Shown here in pieces: positions 23,910 to 37,249 of a stretch of 64,000 nt of DNA (the first letter of the stretch is position 1; each line of letters begins with the position of its first letter). This DNA is from Octopus vulgaris (lineage: Eukaryota). The notes beneath the pieces are model-generated. The model was not told where the DNA came from. It did not search any database and was given only the letters and a program-made list of their open reading frames with translations. The stretch lies in NCBI GenBank assembly GCA_951406725.2, contig OX597817.1, forward strand, positions 172,856,001-172,920,000, in the 5' to 3' direction. The translations under genes were made by a program, and so were the position numbers.

Positions 23910-24163
23910 CTTCAGGGTTGGTGAAAGCGATGTGGTGGACAATGAAAAACCTGGCTGATGACAGTCAAGGCTGATCTGGAGCCCAACCTAGGCCCCCATA
24001 TCTACAGCGTTCGCTGCTGGAATAAGGAGTGGTTGGAGGTCATGCGGTCATTAGCCTCTAATCGCCAGGCCTGGCCGGCGTTTGTGAGAGATGCAGCATT
24101 GAGGATGAATGAAGCCAGCTCAACCCACCCCGGGTGAATGCTGTCTCAAGAAAGAAAGAAGAA
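23910..24163 (+). mobile_element. 3' end of a second RTE-clade LINE with 8-bp TSD
   Basis: Translates as GW*KRCGGQ*KTWLMTVKADLEP...WLEVMRSLASNRQAWPAFVRD. (GAAA/GAA)n tail. GACACAAC occurs at 23902-23909 and 24164-24171. Confidence 0.7.
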
Positions 24164-25334
24164 GACACAACAGGCAACTTTTAATACTCAATCAATTTCT
24201 TTCAACTTTACTGGAAATATTATTAATAAAGAGAACAGAATGATTTGGTTGTGTTTTGCTTCCTGAAATAGCATATTGTGAAGCAGCTATATTTGGTATG
24301 AAATCTAGATCTAAAGAAAAACATTTTTAAAAGCGGCTTGCTCATAACTTCAGTTTCACTGATGCAGTAGCTTGCTTTTCTGGCTAATACAACTGAAATC
24401 TTTTTGGTTACAATGTAGTCCACATACTCTTAAATAATCTTACAATAATTGGATGACTGAAGATTTAATGAAATCGTCAATATTAGCTTAGAGCAGACAG
24501 TATTTACATTAACAGTTTTTCATACAGCTTCTGGCACGACTGCTTATCTTTAGGGGATAATTTCACTCTTATGACGTCAATTGATCACATTTTAGAAATT
24601 CGCTTGGAGAATTTCACAATATATCTGAATGTGTAACTTATTCAATGCTGTACTCTCTCTCTAGTCTTAAACTAAGATGACAAATAAACTATGCAACAGC
24701 ACATCACACTAAAAGAACTGACACCAGCAAAAGTTCTTTTACAGTTTAGAAATATGAACTCAGTGTTCTTTGATCATATTTATAACCTTTTACTTAGACA
24801 CATCTCTTTCATGTTAATGACAACATATATGGTCTATCACTCATTTATATAACCTCATTAAAATATTTAAAGCTAGTCATTTATCTTTAAACATATTATA
24901 TCTTTTATCATCTAAAGAATATTATCAATATTTGTTGTCAAATGAGAGAAGCAACAAATTGTTATGATGATGATGATGATGATGATCATCATCATCATCA
25001 TTATTTAACGTCTATTTTTCATGCTGGCATGGGTTGGATGACAAGATTATTAATATTGCCTTTGTGAAAATCACATATTTATAATGTTCCTTCTGATATA
25101 TGTTACCTAACAGGTAATTCTTTTCTTAACCCCTGTATAGTTCTAAGAGGCTCGAATTAACAGATGCCATCATCTGCTTCTTGATGTAAGGGAACTGGAA
25201 TAAACTGAACTGCAAAAGCTTTGAACCGTTGAACTTAATGCTTGTTTTGAATTTTCTGTCATATTAAAAAAATGTTGCTCATCAGAATCTTTAAGACAGC
25301 AATACAGAAGGTGTCCTGGCCAACTCAGGAATAC

Positions 25335-26270
25335 ATCATCATCGTTTAACGTCCGTTTTCCATGCTAGCATGGGTTGGACGGTTCAACCAGGGTCTGGGA
25401 AGCCAGGAGGCTGCACCAGGCTCCAGTCTGATCTGGCAGTGTTTCTACAGCTGGATGCCCTTCCTAACACCAAACCCTCCATGAGTGTAGTGGATGATTT
25501 TTATGTGCCACCAGCACAGAAGCCAGTCAAGGTGGTGCTGGCATTGGCCACGCTTGGATGGTGCTTTTTATGTGCCACCCTCATCCATACACATCACATT
25601 CCCAAACCATCACAATTTCCTCTCCTGCACATTCTATCTGATTCCTCTCATCCCCAGCTTTTCTTTCAATATATTTGCATGCACACTGACACTGCAGCAT
25701 CCAGCAGAGCATGTTATCTTCATATCTTCTAATCTGCACATGTCCTCTGCATTTCTGACCCAAGTTTCAAATCATGTAGCATTGCTGTTTGTACACAAGC
25801 ATCAACAATCTGCCTTTCATTCTGAGACAGAAACCTTTCGTTATCAACAGAGGCAGCAACTTTCTGAACTTTCCCCAGCCTCTTCTTACACTGTCCACCA
25901 GACTTTCAGAACATCCACCAACATTGCAAATGAGATCGTTTAAGCAACAGAAGCTAATTATCACCTCTGAGGATCCACTTGTGTATTTCATCATCATCAT
26001 CATTTAGTGTCTGCTTCCCATGCTGGCATGGGTTAGATGGTTTGATTGAATCTGGTGCTGGAGAGCTGCACCAGGTTCCAATCTGATTTGGTATGGTTTC
26101 TACAGCTGGGTGCCTTCCTAATGCCACCCAAGAGTGTAAAGGGTGCATTTTATGTGCCACCAGCATAGGTGCCTGTTACATGACACTGGCATTGGCCATG
26201 ACTATGATTTCACTTGGCTTGATGGGTCTTTTCAAGCACAGTAAGGGCTCAGTCACTTGTCCTTGCCTCC
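25335..26270 (-). mobile_element. RTE LINE fragments (ORF piece 25580-25975 plus two 3'UTR/tail pieces)
   Basis: Translates as GGCSESLVDSVRRGWGKFRKLLPLLITKGFCLRMKGRL and QERKL*WFGNVMCMDE. (CAT)n tails on the plus strand. Confidence 0.8.
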
Positions 26271-26822
26271 ACAATTTCCAGTGTGCTCTGAACATTTATT
26301 ACTCCTCAGCATCTGCCAAATACAAAGTCTGTTTTCCGTCAACTTGTATGTATGTATATATATATATATATATATAATTAAGATGTTTACTTCACAACCA
26401 TATTGCTTAGGGGTTCATTTCCTCACCAGGGCACCATGGATAAGCGTCTGCTACCATGGCTCTAAGTGAATTTGGTAAATGAGAACAGTGCAGAAGTTTT
26501 TGTGTGTGCATGCGAGCATGCATGCGTGTGTATGTGTATATTTGTATCTCATAAGTGGGAAGTAAACAAACCAATAGCAGAAATTAGATGCTGGTTCGTT
26601 TACTTCACTTTGACTAAATGGTTAATCAAAAGAAGAACAACAGAATAAGTAATAGACTTTAAAAAAGGAGGTTGATTTCAGTGACTAAATCTTTCAAAGT
26701 GGTACCTCAGCATAACTACAGTCCAATAAATGAGACAAGTAAAATGAATATAAGAAAGAGAGGGAGGGAGAGGCAGTGTCTGAACACACAGATGCATAAT
26801 CACAAATATATATATATATATA

Positions 26823-27190
26823 TAGGTGCAGGAGTGGCTGTGTGGTAAGTAGCTTGCTTCCCAACCACGTGGAACCTTGGGCAAGTGTCTTCTACTGTGA
26901 CCTCAGGCCAACCAAAGCCTTGTGAGTGGATTTGGGAGATAGAAACTGAAAGAAGCCCATCATATATATATATATATGTATATATATGTGTGTGAGTTCG
27001 TGTTTGTTCCCCAACATCGCTTGACAACCGATGCTGGTGTGTTTACGTCCCCATAACTTAGCAGTTCGACAAAAGAGGCCGATAGAATAAGTACTAGGCT
27101 TACAAAGAATAAGCCCTGGGGTCAATTTCCTCAACTAAAGGCGGTGCTCCAGCATGGCCACAGTCAAATGACTGAAACCAATAAAAGAGT
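26823..27190 (+). mobile_element. family A SINE
   Basis: Matches 5037-5446, with a short deletion in the head. Confidence 0.85.
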
Positions 27191-27202
27191 ATATATACAT
27201 AA

Positions 27203-27233
<31 letters not shown>

Positions 27234-27664
27234 CATACACAAACACACACACATGTATACATGTACACACACACTGTACAGTTTCATGCTATCCATACTT
27301 GATAGTATAGATTTTTAGTTTGGGCCAAAAGCCAAAAATTTATGGAATATATGTATATACAATTGAATCCAACTTAGTATGTAACAGGCAATTACTTTAT
27401 TGAATCTACAAAGATGAAAGCACAGACAATCCAATTGGGATTTGAACTTTGAATGTAAAGGAACCTAGCAAAACATCATTTATAATTCTCCAACTCATTA
27501 ACCTATTTATTTAAAAAAAAAACAAAAAAAGAAATCCACCTGCCTCTTGTTTACCAGTCAAGGCTGCGACAATTTAAACGGTGCCAAGTCTGCCTCTTGC
27601 TCACTGAAATATGTATGTGTAAACATAACAAATATCAAACACATATTTCTTTACCGCATTATGT

Positions 27665-28955
27665 AATAATCCTTTCTACTAAAGGCACAAGGCCTGACAT
27701 TTGGGGGGAAGTAGGGCTTGTCAATTACATCGACCCCAGTGTTTCACTGGTATTTAATTTATTGACCTCGAAAGGATGAAAGGGAAAATCTACCTCGGCA
27801 GAATTTGAACTCAGAATGTAAAGATGGGCGAAATACCGTCAGCTCTGAAATACCGTGTCAGCTCTCCACCTTAATTGCATTATGTAATAATACTAGATGA
27901 TACTGATTAAATAGGTAAAGTTGAGCAGATACCTTCAAATTTTGTCCTCTAGCTATTGAAGATGGGAGACGTGTTAGCCATTCAAAATACACGAAGACTG
28001 TTAACTTCACTTAAACATTTATCATTTGGGGCAAAGTATTGAAGGCCGATCTCAAAATGCTGAACTTTACAAAGATGACAGAGGACCGAGATATGTGGTA
28101 CGTTGCTGTGCTCAAGAAGACCTGCCCACCACAACAGAATTTTGATCCAAAAACCAAGGTGCCACATACAAAACATTGGTATGGGTGTTGGTGCCATGTA
28201 AAAAGTAGTGGTGATGGTACCACATAAAAAGCACCCTGTACACTTTGTAAAATGGTTGGCATTAGGAAGGACATCTGACCATAGAAACCAAGTCAAAATA
28301 GAATATGGAACCTGGTGCAGGCCCTGTCAAGTTGTTCCAATTCATGCCAGCATGGAAAACAGGCACTCAATATTGATGCTGTTGATGATGATGATGTCAA
28401 AATTGTCTTTGCACAAGCTGCAACCTGATTACTGACAAGGCTATACTGCATTTCTTGTCAGAGACCAGGTCACAGTTCGTGTGACAAACATTTTGACACC
28501 ATATTACAAACAAAACATGTTTACATGAAGTTAACAGTGTTTGTGTATTTCTTATTTCTTTATTGCCCACAAGGGGCTAAACATAGAGGGGACAAACAAG
28601 GACATAGAAAGGGATTAAGTCAACCCCAGTGCATAACTGGTACTTAATTTATCGACCCTGAAAGGATGAAAGGTAAAGTCGACCTCGGCAGAATTTGAAC
28701 TTGGAACGTAAAGACAGATGAAGTACCTCTTCCTTTACTACCCACATGGGGCTAAACACAGGACAAACAAGGACAGACAAAGGGATTAAGTCGATTACAT
28801 TGACCCCAGTGCATAACTGGTACTTAATTTATCGACCCCCAAAAGGATGAAAGGCAAAGTCGACCTCGGCGGAATTTGAACTCGGAATGTAAAGACAGAC
28901 GAAGTACCGCTAAGCATTTCGTCCAACGTGCTAATGTTTCTGCCAACTCACCATG
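27665..28955. mobile_element. family B SINE (-) 27665-27873, RTE 3' fragment (+) 28020-28396, family B dimer (-) 28548-28953
   Basis: Family B matches. The RTE-type peptide ADLKMLNFTKMTEDRDMWYVAVLKKT is followed by the UTR repeats and (GAT)n. Confidence 0.75.
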
Positions 28956-29596
28956 TTTGTGTGTTTCTGAATGGCTAAAAAATACGTATCCTCTATGTTG
29001 CAATCATTTTGGTTTCAACACGTGGTCTCAGACCAAATCATTCACATGGCAAGGACATCTCCAAATTAAATAAAGTAAAATGAAATAAAACCTTATTTAC
29101 AATTTATTATTTCTTTTTAAAATCTCTATCTCAATAAAGTTAATAAATGTAAGTAGTTACAATTTGTTATTTAATGCCAACAACTTTGTCAGCTTACAAA
29201 GTGAATTCTGTATTTTAAAATTTATTTCATCAATTTCCTTCCGTATCAGCTAATGGATCCATTATTTGTCAATGATTTGTATTATCTGAGAGGATTATTG
29301 TGATAATGCCTTGTTCTGATTCATTTCCCCAACATTGTTTAAACCAGCTTTCTGCAGGGGGGGGTGGGGGTGAATAATTGATTCAAGTAAAGTGTGAGAC
29401 AAATGAGAGAGAGAAAGTGTGTGTGTGTGTGTAAGTGTTTCTATGTGTGCATGTGTGTGTGAATGCTTGTATGTGTGCATGTATGTGAGTGCTTGTACAT
29501 GTGCATATGTGTGTGAGTGTGTGTGTGTGTGTGTATGAGAGAGAGAGAAGGAGGGGAGTGCTTGTATGTGTGTAAGTGCTTTTATGTGTGCATGTG

Positions 29597-29645
<49 letters not shown>

Positions 29646-30640
29646 ATTTCAGCTATCTCAACAAAAGTGGTTTAAGTTTTTCTGAAACGGTTAACTTTTT
29701 CCAAATAGTCTCTTTGCTTTGATTGAAAACCTCAGCTTTCTTTGGAAAATAGTTTAAATCTTTTCCTTGAAGACATAGCTATTTAGCTGTAAAATATAAA
29801 TATATTCTTAACTTGTTTGGTATCATGGCTTCATTCGACATTTTTTTAGCCACACACAATATGCAGTGAAAAATGTCGATCATCATTTGCCGTCCAAACA
29901 AGGCCAAAATTTAAATATCTATTGCAATATCAATGACTGAACCATACCTTCATCTTACTAACATTAACCCTCTAGCATTTAAATTAGCCATTTCAAGCCG
30001 AAAGAATTCACCTTTTTTTTTTTCAAACTGGCCAGATCTGGGATTACCCTACAATTTTATTCTAGATATAAACAATCATGTCACTGAAATCTCAATGCTA
30101 CAAAGTAATGCATGTCTACATCGAAGAGGCCAGGGAACAGAAGAAAGAAGAAGAAAGAAGACATGCACCCAACACCAGAGCTGAAGACACCTCCGAAAGG
30201 GGGGGGGGACACCACGTCAAAACGGTAGAAGAGTAGGGGCCGAAACTGGACATGGTTCATCCTGATGATGTCTTGAGCTAACTGGATCCTACAAAGGAGC
30301 TGTTGTGGTAGCAGACCACGAAACTCGGTTGAAATTCCTCAGCATTACATTTGACTAAATGGTTAAGCCTCATTGCTTTTGAGGAATGTTCACTTTCAGA
30401 TTCACAATCATCACTGCTATGTTTCTTCTTAATAAATAAACTTATCCATTGTATGACTAAATATACTTGTCTTGGTCAGTTAGAATTCATGAATGGTACA
30501 ATGGATGCATCATCATCATTACCCTTCATTTTCTTTATCTAATGTCCATGATCCCCACTGGTATGGGTTAGATGGTTTGACAGGATCTAACAGGTTCAAG
30601 GACTGCATCATGTTCCAATGTCTATTTTGGCAGAGTTTCT

Positions 30641-30881
30641 TATTTCTCTACTGCTCACAAGGGGCTACACACAGAGGGGACAAACAAGGACAGACAAAGG
30701 GATTAAGTTGATTATATCGACCCCAGTGTGCAACTGGTACTTATTTAATCGATCCCGAAAGGATGAAAAGCAAAGTCAACCTCGGCAGAATTTGAACTCA
30801 GAATGTAGTGGCAGACGAAATACCGCTAAGCATTTCACCCGGCGTGCTAATGTTTCTGCCAGCTTGCCGCCTTAGAAACAC
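30641..30881 (-). mobile_element. family B SINE with 15-bp TSD, nested in a (GAT)n-tailed element (30508-31010, minus)
   Basis: TTTGGCAGAGTTTCT occurs at 30626-30640 and 30882-30896. Confidence 0.87.
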
Positions 30882-31369
30882 TTTGGCAGAGTTTCTATGG
30901 CTGGATGTTCTTCCTAATTCCAATTTCAACTGCTTTAAAGTGTGTACTGAGTGCTTTTTTTTTTCATGGCACCAGCACTAGTGAGGTCTCCATGGAACTT
31001 GCAAGACTAAGATCCCATTCAACTAAGTGGAATGACAATAGAGATGGAAGTGATATTATGCTAGGAGATAAGAGAAATGGCCAAAACAAAACAGGTTTCT
31101 TGCTGTAGAAGTGCTAAATGATTACTTACATTATAGATGAAAGCCATTTCAGTATATTGATATTGTAATCAACAATCTATCTCTGTCTGCTTGGAAGTTT
31201 AATTTTAGGGTGTTTAACCTTTAGCAAACAAATTGGCCAAAGCAGACCTAAATAATCTACCTGTTTTGTGTTCAAACTGGCCACATCAGACCTCTCACAA
31301 CCACCCTGCAATGTCATTCTAAAATTAAACAAATATATCATCAAAATCTCAGGTAAGTATAGTAATAAT

Positions 31370-31645
31370 GAACTTATTGTATATAGTGCTCAGGTGCTCT
31401 ACAACTTATCAGAGAAAGTAACCAAAAACTGCATGAAGATCATACAGGAAGTGAACAGTGAAAAAGTCTTTTAAGAAAAATAAAAAGAAAGAAAAAGAAA
31501 TGGGGGGGGGCATCAGGTGTACTATTGGTGAATTTCAGGAAGCATGGAAGTTTTGAAGGATGTAATGTCTTGACAGGTAAGGACTGATGCAGATAGTTTA
31601 TTCCATGCTTCAGCAATTCTGAGTGTGTAAAAATGTTTTCAAAAG
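31370..31645 (-). mobile_element. degenerate CR1-group LINE 3' end inside a TTAA-type MITE
   Basis: Homologous to 20918-21200 (CAGGAAGCATGGAAGTTTTGAAGGATG...TTCCATGCTTCAGCAA). Confidence 0.65.
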
Positions 31646-31714
31646 GTATGATTAATTGAAGACATTGTGAATAAACAAACATTATATTTGACAGAATAAT
31701 CTGAATTCTAAAGA

Positions 31715-32227
31715 GTTAAATTCAAACACGACAATGACCTGAAGCATGTGCTAGTAGGCTCGAGATTATCTTGATCTAAAACAGATAAATATATTACCCT
31801 CGCCTTCTCAATCACCCGATATGAACCCCTTTTGTAGTTTATGGGAAATTTTGAAAATTGGATTAAACGGAAAGAAATTTAAAATAGTTCCTGATTTAAA
31901 GACATTTATGATTAACAAATGAGGAGAAGTAACTGAAGAAACATGAAATGGTAGAATCATCAGTAAAAAAAAAAAAAGGAAGAAAAACTATTTAAGGGAC
32001 TAAAATTAGTCATGCCAATTATTAATTAAAATTTTTTTTTCTCTTTTGATGTAGAGAATATTTACAGTAAAAAAAATATAATTTGATTAGTAAAAATGAA
32101 AATGAGTGTGCAATTGAAAACTTACTTGTTTTCTATTAGCAACTCAGTTTATTTTATTTATTTTAAGTCTTACGATCAAAATCAAAACTGATTTTTAAGT
32201 TTCCATTTTATGTTTTATGTACTGTAT
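31715..32227 (+). pseudogene. Tc1-like transposase C-terminal remnant
   Basis: Translates as FKHDNDLKH...YLDLKQINILPSPSQSPDMNPFCSLWEILK, which resembles the Tc1 FQQDNDPKH and WPSQSPDLNPIENLW motifs. Confidence 0.7.
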
Positions 32228-32461
32228 GCAAATGAAACAGAAACCACAAACCACTCCCTCACTTCCATTCTGAGCTTAGTTTGGTTGACATGCTTACAGT
32301 TATATTCTGTTCTTTTAGATGTAATGTTTCTATTTTTGTCATACCCCAAGCTACACCTCATGGCACACCAGTGTGTCACAGCACTATGTTAGAAACCACT
32401 AACATAAGGGATACCCTCATAGGTTTGTCTTAGCAATGGTTGATGTTCTAAGTGTAAATAT

Positions 32462-32823
32462 TTAACCCTTAAGCATTTAAACTGACCATATCTGGCCCAA
32501 ATATTCCGCCTATTTTATGTTCAAACCTGTCAGAAACCAGACTCTCACATCTGCCCTAGAATACCATTCTAAAACTAAGCAATTGCATCATCAGAATCTT
32601 GAAGCCGTAAGATAATACATGCTTAATTCAAAAGAATATGAATAAATAAGCAATGCAAGCACATAAATATGCAGAATACGCACATACAGGTGCACACACA
32701 TACATACATATATACATACATACATACATACATACATACATACATACATACATACATACATACATACATACATACATACATACATACATACATACATACA
32801 TACATACATGCATACATACATAC

Positions 32824-32854
<31 letters not shown>

Positions 32855-33175
32855 CATACATACATACATACATACATACATACATACATACATGCATGCA
32901 TGCATAGGCACACACACACACACACTGACCCACACACATGCGCACAAACAAACAAAAAGGAACGCAGTGTAAATAACGGACAGAGATTCAAAACTATTGA
33001 AAAGGTTGCAAGACGCAAGGAAAATTTTAGGAAAATAAAAATAAGAAAAAAGTGGAAATTTTACCGGTGAGTGTGTTACATTATAAGGCACAAAAAGAAA
33101 CTGACCCTCCCCAGACACAACAGAATGAATAAATAAGCAATGCATTTGATAGTAATCTGAGTGTTTTAGGGTTAA
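32462..33175. mobile_element. TTAA-CCC...GGG-TTAA MITE (piggyBac-type ends) interrupted by a TSD-bounded insert
   Basis: Ends are TTAACCCTTAAGCATT and GTGTTTTAGGGTTAA. Related copies start at ~29964, ~31214 and ~33404 (that one ends GTTAAAGGGTTAA at 33850). Confidence 0.7.
32698..32893. repeat. (CATA)n microsatellite
   Basis: About 49 near-perfect tetranucleotide units. Confidence 0.97.
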
Positions 33176-33602
33176 ACAAAAAGCAAGATTGTTTGGTTTC
33201 TAAGTTCCCCCAGACTGTTGACAATTACGAGACTTCCTCCTCTGCCAGTTTAAGTAAATTCACAGGCACACCTCTGCACACACACACACACACACGTGCA
33301 CTTGCATCGGATTTAGAAACATCAACAAAAAGTTAGGTACAGGCAAATACATAAGCAAAAGAAAAGAAACACGAAACCCCAGCAAAACCCTAATCCTTTG
33401 CTGTTAAACCCTTTAGCATTTAAACCAGCCATATCCAGTTTTATGTTTAAGCTAACCAGATCTAACCTCTCCTACCTACCCAACAATGTCATCCAAAACA
33501 TAAACAGTTACACCATCAAAATTTCAAAGCTACAGAATAATCCATAATTAATTCAAAACAATGTAAATGAATAAGCATTACATTTGCCAGAGTAATCCCC
33601 AC

Positions 33603-33643
<41 letters not shown>

Positions 33644-34342
33644 GACGCACAAGTACCTACACACACATATACTCACAAGGCAGTTATGTTCCACCTACCA
33701 AATCTACTAACAAGGCTTTGGTTGGCCCGGGGCTATAGCAGAAGACACTTGCCCAAAGTGTCACGCAGTGGGACTGAACCCGAAACCATGTAGTTGGGAA
33801 ACAAGCTTCCTAACCACACAGCCATGCCCGTATGAATGTTAAAGGGTTAAACTAAGAGGGGGTATTTTGATTCAAAATTTTACCCCATTTATTTTGTGTA
33901 TGTACATATTAACATATAAAAAGATCTAAAATATTTAATTTTTTTTTCTAAACTGAAAATGAATTAAAACTTGAAATGAAAAAAAAAAAAGCGTTTATGT
34001 GAATACCTTTTTTTTTTTCATAAATTCAGCAGCAGTTCATGTTGAAATTTCAAATTTAATGGTTGAAATTTAAAAAAATTTATTCACTGATAACCCACCA
34101 TTAGCAAACATCTGACATTATTTGTTTTGTTTCCATAAAAATTCAAACATCTTAGATGTTATCAATTTGAAATTTCCTCAGTTCAAAAGAACACACGAAT
34201 ATATGTACTTTACTGCATCAGACAATTGTTTGTTAATAAGAATGACAGCTATCTGCGAGTCTCACAATTGTCGATTCCCCTAATGAACATAGCTAAATGT
34301 AAAAGAAAAAACTAAATAAAAAATTTCAACGGAAAGACTTAC

Positions 34343-34448
34343 CACAACTATCACGTATCACAAGATCTCTTCCTTCTTGAAGTAGTACAACAAGTTGAAA
34401 GAATGGATGCTGCAAAAGGTTGCTTTGATGTTGTCGAGATGAACCTTC
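34343..34448 (-). CDS. MCTP1: MCTP-like gene, coding exon: linker plus start of the C2A domain (EGSSRQHQSNLLQHPFFQLVVLLQEGRDLVIRDSC-G)
   Basis: Minus-strand acceptor ctgtttttccag and donor G|gtaagt. The exon is 106 nt and ends in phase 1, matching the phase-1 start of exon 13336. It gives ...GRDLVIRDSCG|TSDPYVKF, the typical MCTP C2A strand 1/loop 1. The ORF track misses it. Confidence 0.9.
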
Positions 34449-34820
34449 CTGGAAAAACAGATAGAATAAATCTGATTATAATAATGGCTTCTTATGTTGG
34501 CATGGAGCCTGGAGGGAGGAAACGAGAGAATTCTGACAATAATGTATTTCCTAATAGTGAAATGGTTCTAATTGAAGAAGAAATTGGGCAGGAGTTAAAT
34601 TTGTTTTCCAAAAATAACAATTTCTTTGTACAAAAACACAGATGTTCAATTTAGTTTCTAGATTTAAGAAGTGATAACAAAAATTGTTATATTTTGATTG
34701 TGTGTGTGTATGTGTGTGTGTTTGTGCTTATGTGTGTGTGTTTGTGCTTATGTGTGTGTGTTTGTGCTTATGTGTGTGTGCACACTTGCATAGGTTGTGT
34801 AATTCGGCAAGTTTGGATAA

Positions 34821-35886
34821 TCTATATATATATAAAACTGTAGTTGTGTGAGTGTCTGTCCCCTTCGATTTAGATTCCTAACTCCTCCCACATTTTGCGG
34901 TGCAGTTTAACCAAATTCGGGTATCTTATAGTCGTGATTCATATCGAGCCCGTCTGACTATTAGCGCGCATCAATGATGAGTCTACAATTTTAAAAATAA
35001 TTTAACATCATTTTTTATTCCATTTTAATGCATAAAATGCATCGTGTGTCGATGGCGGCGGAGTTGGCGTCCACGCTCACAGCTGCACCTGTTTGCTTCT
35101 CTCCCTTCCCTCCCTCGTGAAGCTGTGGGGAAGGGAGTGTAAAGAAATCAACGTCGTAATGCGTTGTGAAGGAAACCAGCGTTCTTTTAGAACAACGACT
35201 TCATGGCTTGAAGACACCAAAACAAAAATGGCTAAGAACAACGACTTCATGGCTTGAAGACACCAAAACAAAAATGGCTAAGAAAGCCCGAATTTATAAG
35301 GGAAGTAACTCTCTAAAAATGCTTATATAGTTATTTCCCTTACAAACCCGAGCAACGCCGGGCGATACTGCTAGTCTATATATATAAAACTGTAGTTGTG
35401 TGAGTGTCTGTCCCCTTCGATTTAGATTCCTAACTCCTCCCACATTTTGCGATGCAGGTTAACCAAATTCGGGTATCTTATAGTCGTGATTCATATCGAG
35501 CCTGTCTGCATATTAGCGCGCGTCTACGATGAGTCTACGATTTAAAAAATAATTTAACATCATTTTTTATTCCATTTTAATGCATAATTTTTCGTGTGTC
35601 GATGGCGGCTCAGTTGGCGTCCATGGTCACACCTGCACCTGTTTGCTTCTTCCCTTCTTCCCTCCCTCGTGAAGCTGTGGGGAAGGGAGTGTAAGGAAAT
35701 CAATGTCATAAAGCGTTGTCAAGGAAACCAGCGTTCTTTTAGAACAACGACTTCATGGCTTGAAGACACCAAAACAGAAATGGCTAAGAAAGCCCGAATT
35801 GGCATCTATAAGGAAAGTAACTCTCTAAAAATGCTTATATAGTTATTTCCCTTACAAACCCGAGCAACGCCGGGCGATACTGCTAG
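34821..35886 (+). mobile_element. head-to-tail dimer of a non-autonomous Helitron-like element (34821-35374, 35375-35886)
   Basis: Each unit starts TCTATATATA..AAAACTGTAG and ends CCCGAGCAACGCCGGGCGATACTGCTAG. Junctions are A|TC, CTAG|TC and CTAG|T, with no TSD. Unit 1 has a 47-bp internal duplication. Confidence 0.85.
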
Positions 35887-36694
35887 TTTTGTATAAAAAA
35901 GGAACAAATGTAGACATTTTACAACTAGTTGCTGTTTAACCCCAAAGTAAGCCCTCATAGAACAGGCCTATGATCAGACGTTCCAGCTATGACCCCCCCT
36001 CATCTTTTTTTATTTTTTTTTTTAGATATTTTGGCCCATAGTATCCGATATTCTTTGGCAGATAACAGCTAGTCCTTTGAGAGAGATTTAATTATTATCT
36101 ATCGCAGAGCCTCTCCCAACAGTTTCTGAATTAAATTACTGAAGGTACCCCCTCCCCCCATACATACATATGTACATACATACACATATACATACATGCA
36201 CAGACAGACAGATAGAAGTGGTGCCTCTAAAGATTAAGCATCTAAATAATAATTGATCACATCCTTATTTTCAGGTCAAACAGTACAGTACAAGATATAT
36301 CAAGAAGAATTATGTTTGACAACATCTACAGTGAAGACAATAATATGTTTAAAAGGAAAGTATCTCAAGGGAGCATTCTGCATATTAAATATGCATGCAG
36401 TCAGGACTCACATAAATGATGTATGAAATTGAAAAGATTTCAACTGAACAACAAAGAATATTAATGCAATCAGTAGACAAAAGCTCTCACAAAGAATGTT
36501 TAAAATCTAACAGAAAACAAGAAAGATAACTCAAATAAAATCATATTTTAGTCAACTATCTTTTGAAAGCCACAATTACTAATGATGAGTGTACTAGTTG
36601 CAGGAAGAATGATTCAAACAGTTTTAAATTAAAGATAAGATATTTTGGGCAGTGAATTTAATATTGTGATGTAAAATGCAGGACTGCCAAGGTG

Positions 36695-37185
36695 TAAAGG
36701 CATGGCTGTGTGGTTAAAAAATCTGCTTGCCAGCCATGTGATTTTGGGTTCAGTTTTACTTGACAGCACAATGTGCTTTCTACAATAGCTCTCAACAAAG
36801 CCTTGTAAGTGGATTTGGTAGATGGAAATCAAAAGTAGCCCCCCCCCCCAAACACACACATGTATATATATATATGAAGGCACATAGCCTAGTGGTTAGG
36901 GTGTTGTACTTATAATCACAAGACTATGGGTTCGATTCCTGGACTGGACAACACATTGTTATTCTGGAGCAAGACATTTCATTTTATGTTGCTCTCAGCA
37001 GTCTTTTCAACATCTGACATGTGGCACAGCTATGCAACCTTTACAGATAATGTCAATTTGTTGAAGGGAATGAGCTTGTGTGAACACAAATATTTGAGCA
37101 CCATAAACAAATCATCTGTTTGGTTGTTCAGCGAGAAACTGCAAAAACTTCATCCATCATCTAATGACAGGAGAGTTCATAACAT
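36695..37185 (+). mobile_element. degenerate family A head followed by a family C-like SINE
   Basis: GGCATGGCTGTGTGGTTAA...GTGGATTTGGTAGATGGAAA, then GGCACATAGCCTAGTGGTTAGG...GGGTTCGATTCC. The second part is homologous to 40947-41245. Confidence 0.7.
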
Positions 37186-37249
37186 ATCTATCTATCTATC
37201 ATATAAATATATAATTATAATATTTTTTTATAAGACTTAAAGCTTAGAA

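Noticed and set aside
34449-34508. Alternative upstream acceptor (ttcctccctccag) extending the 34448 exon by 60 nt
   Set aside because: The extension contains an in-frame TAA, and there is no evidence of use.
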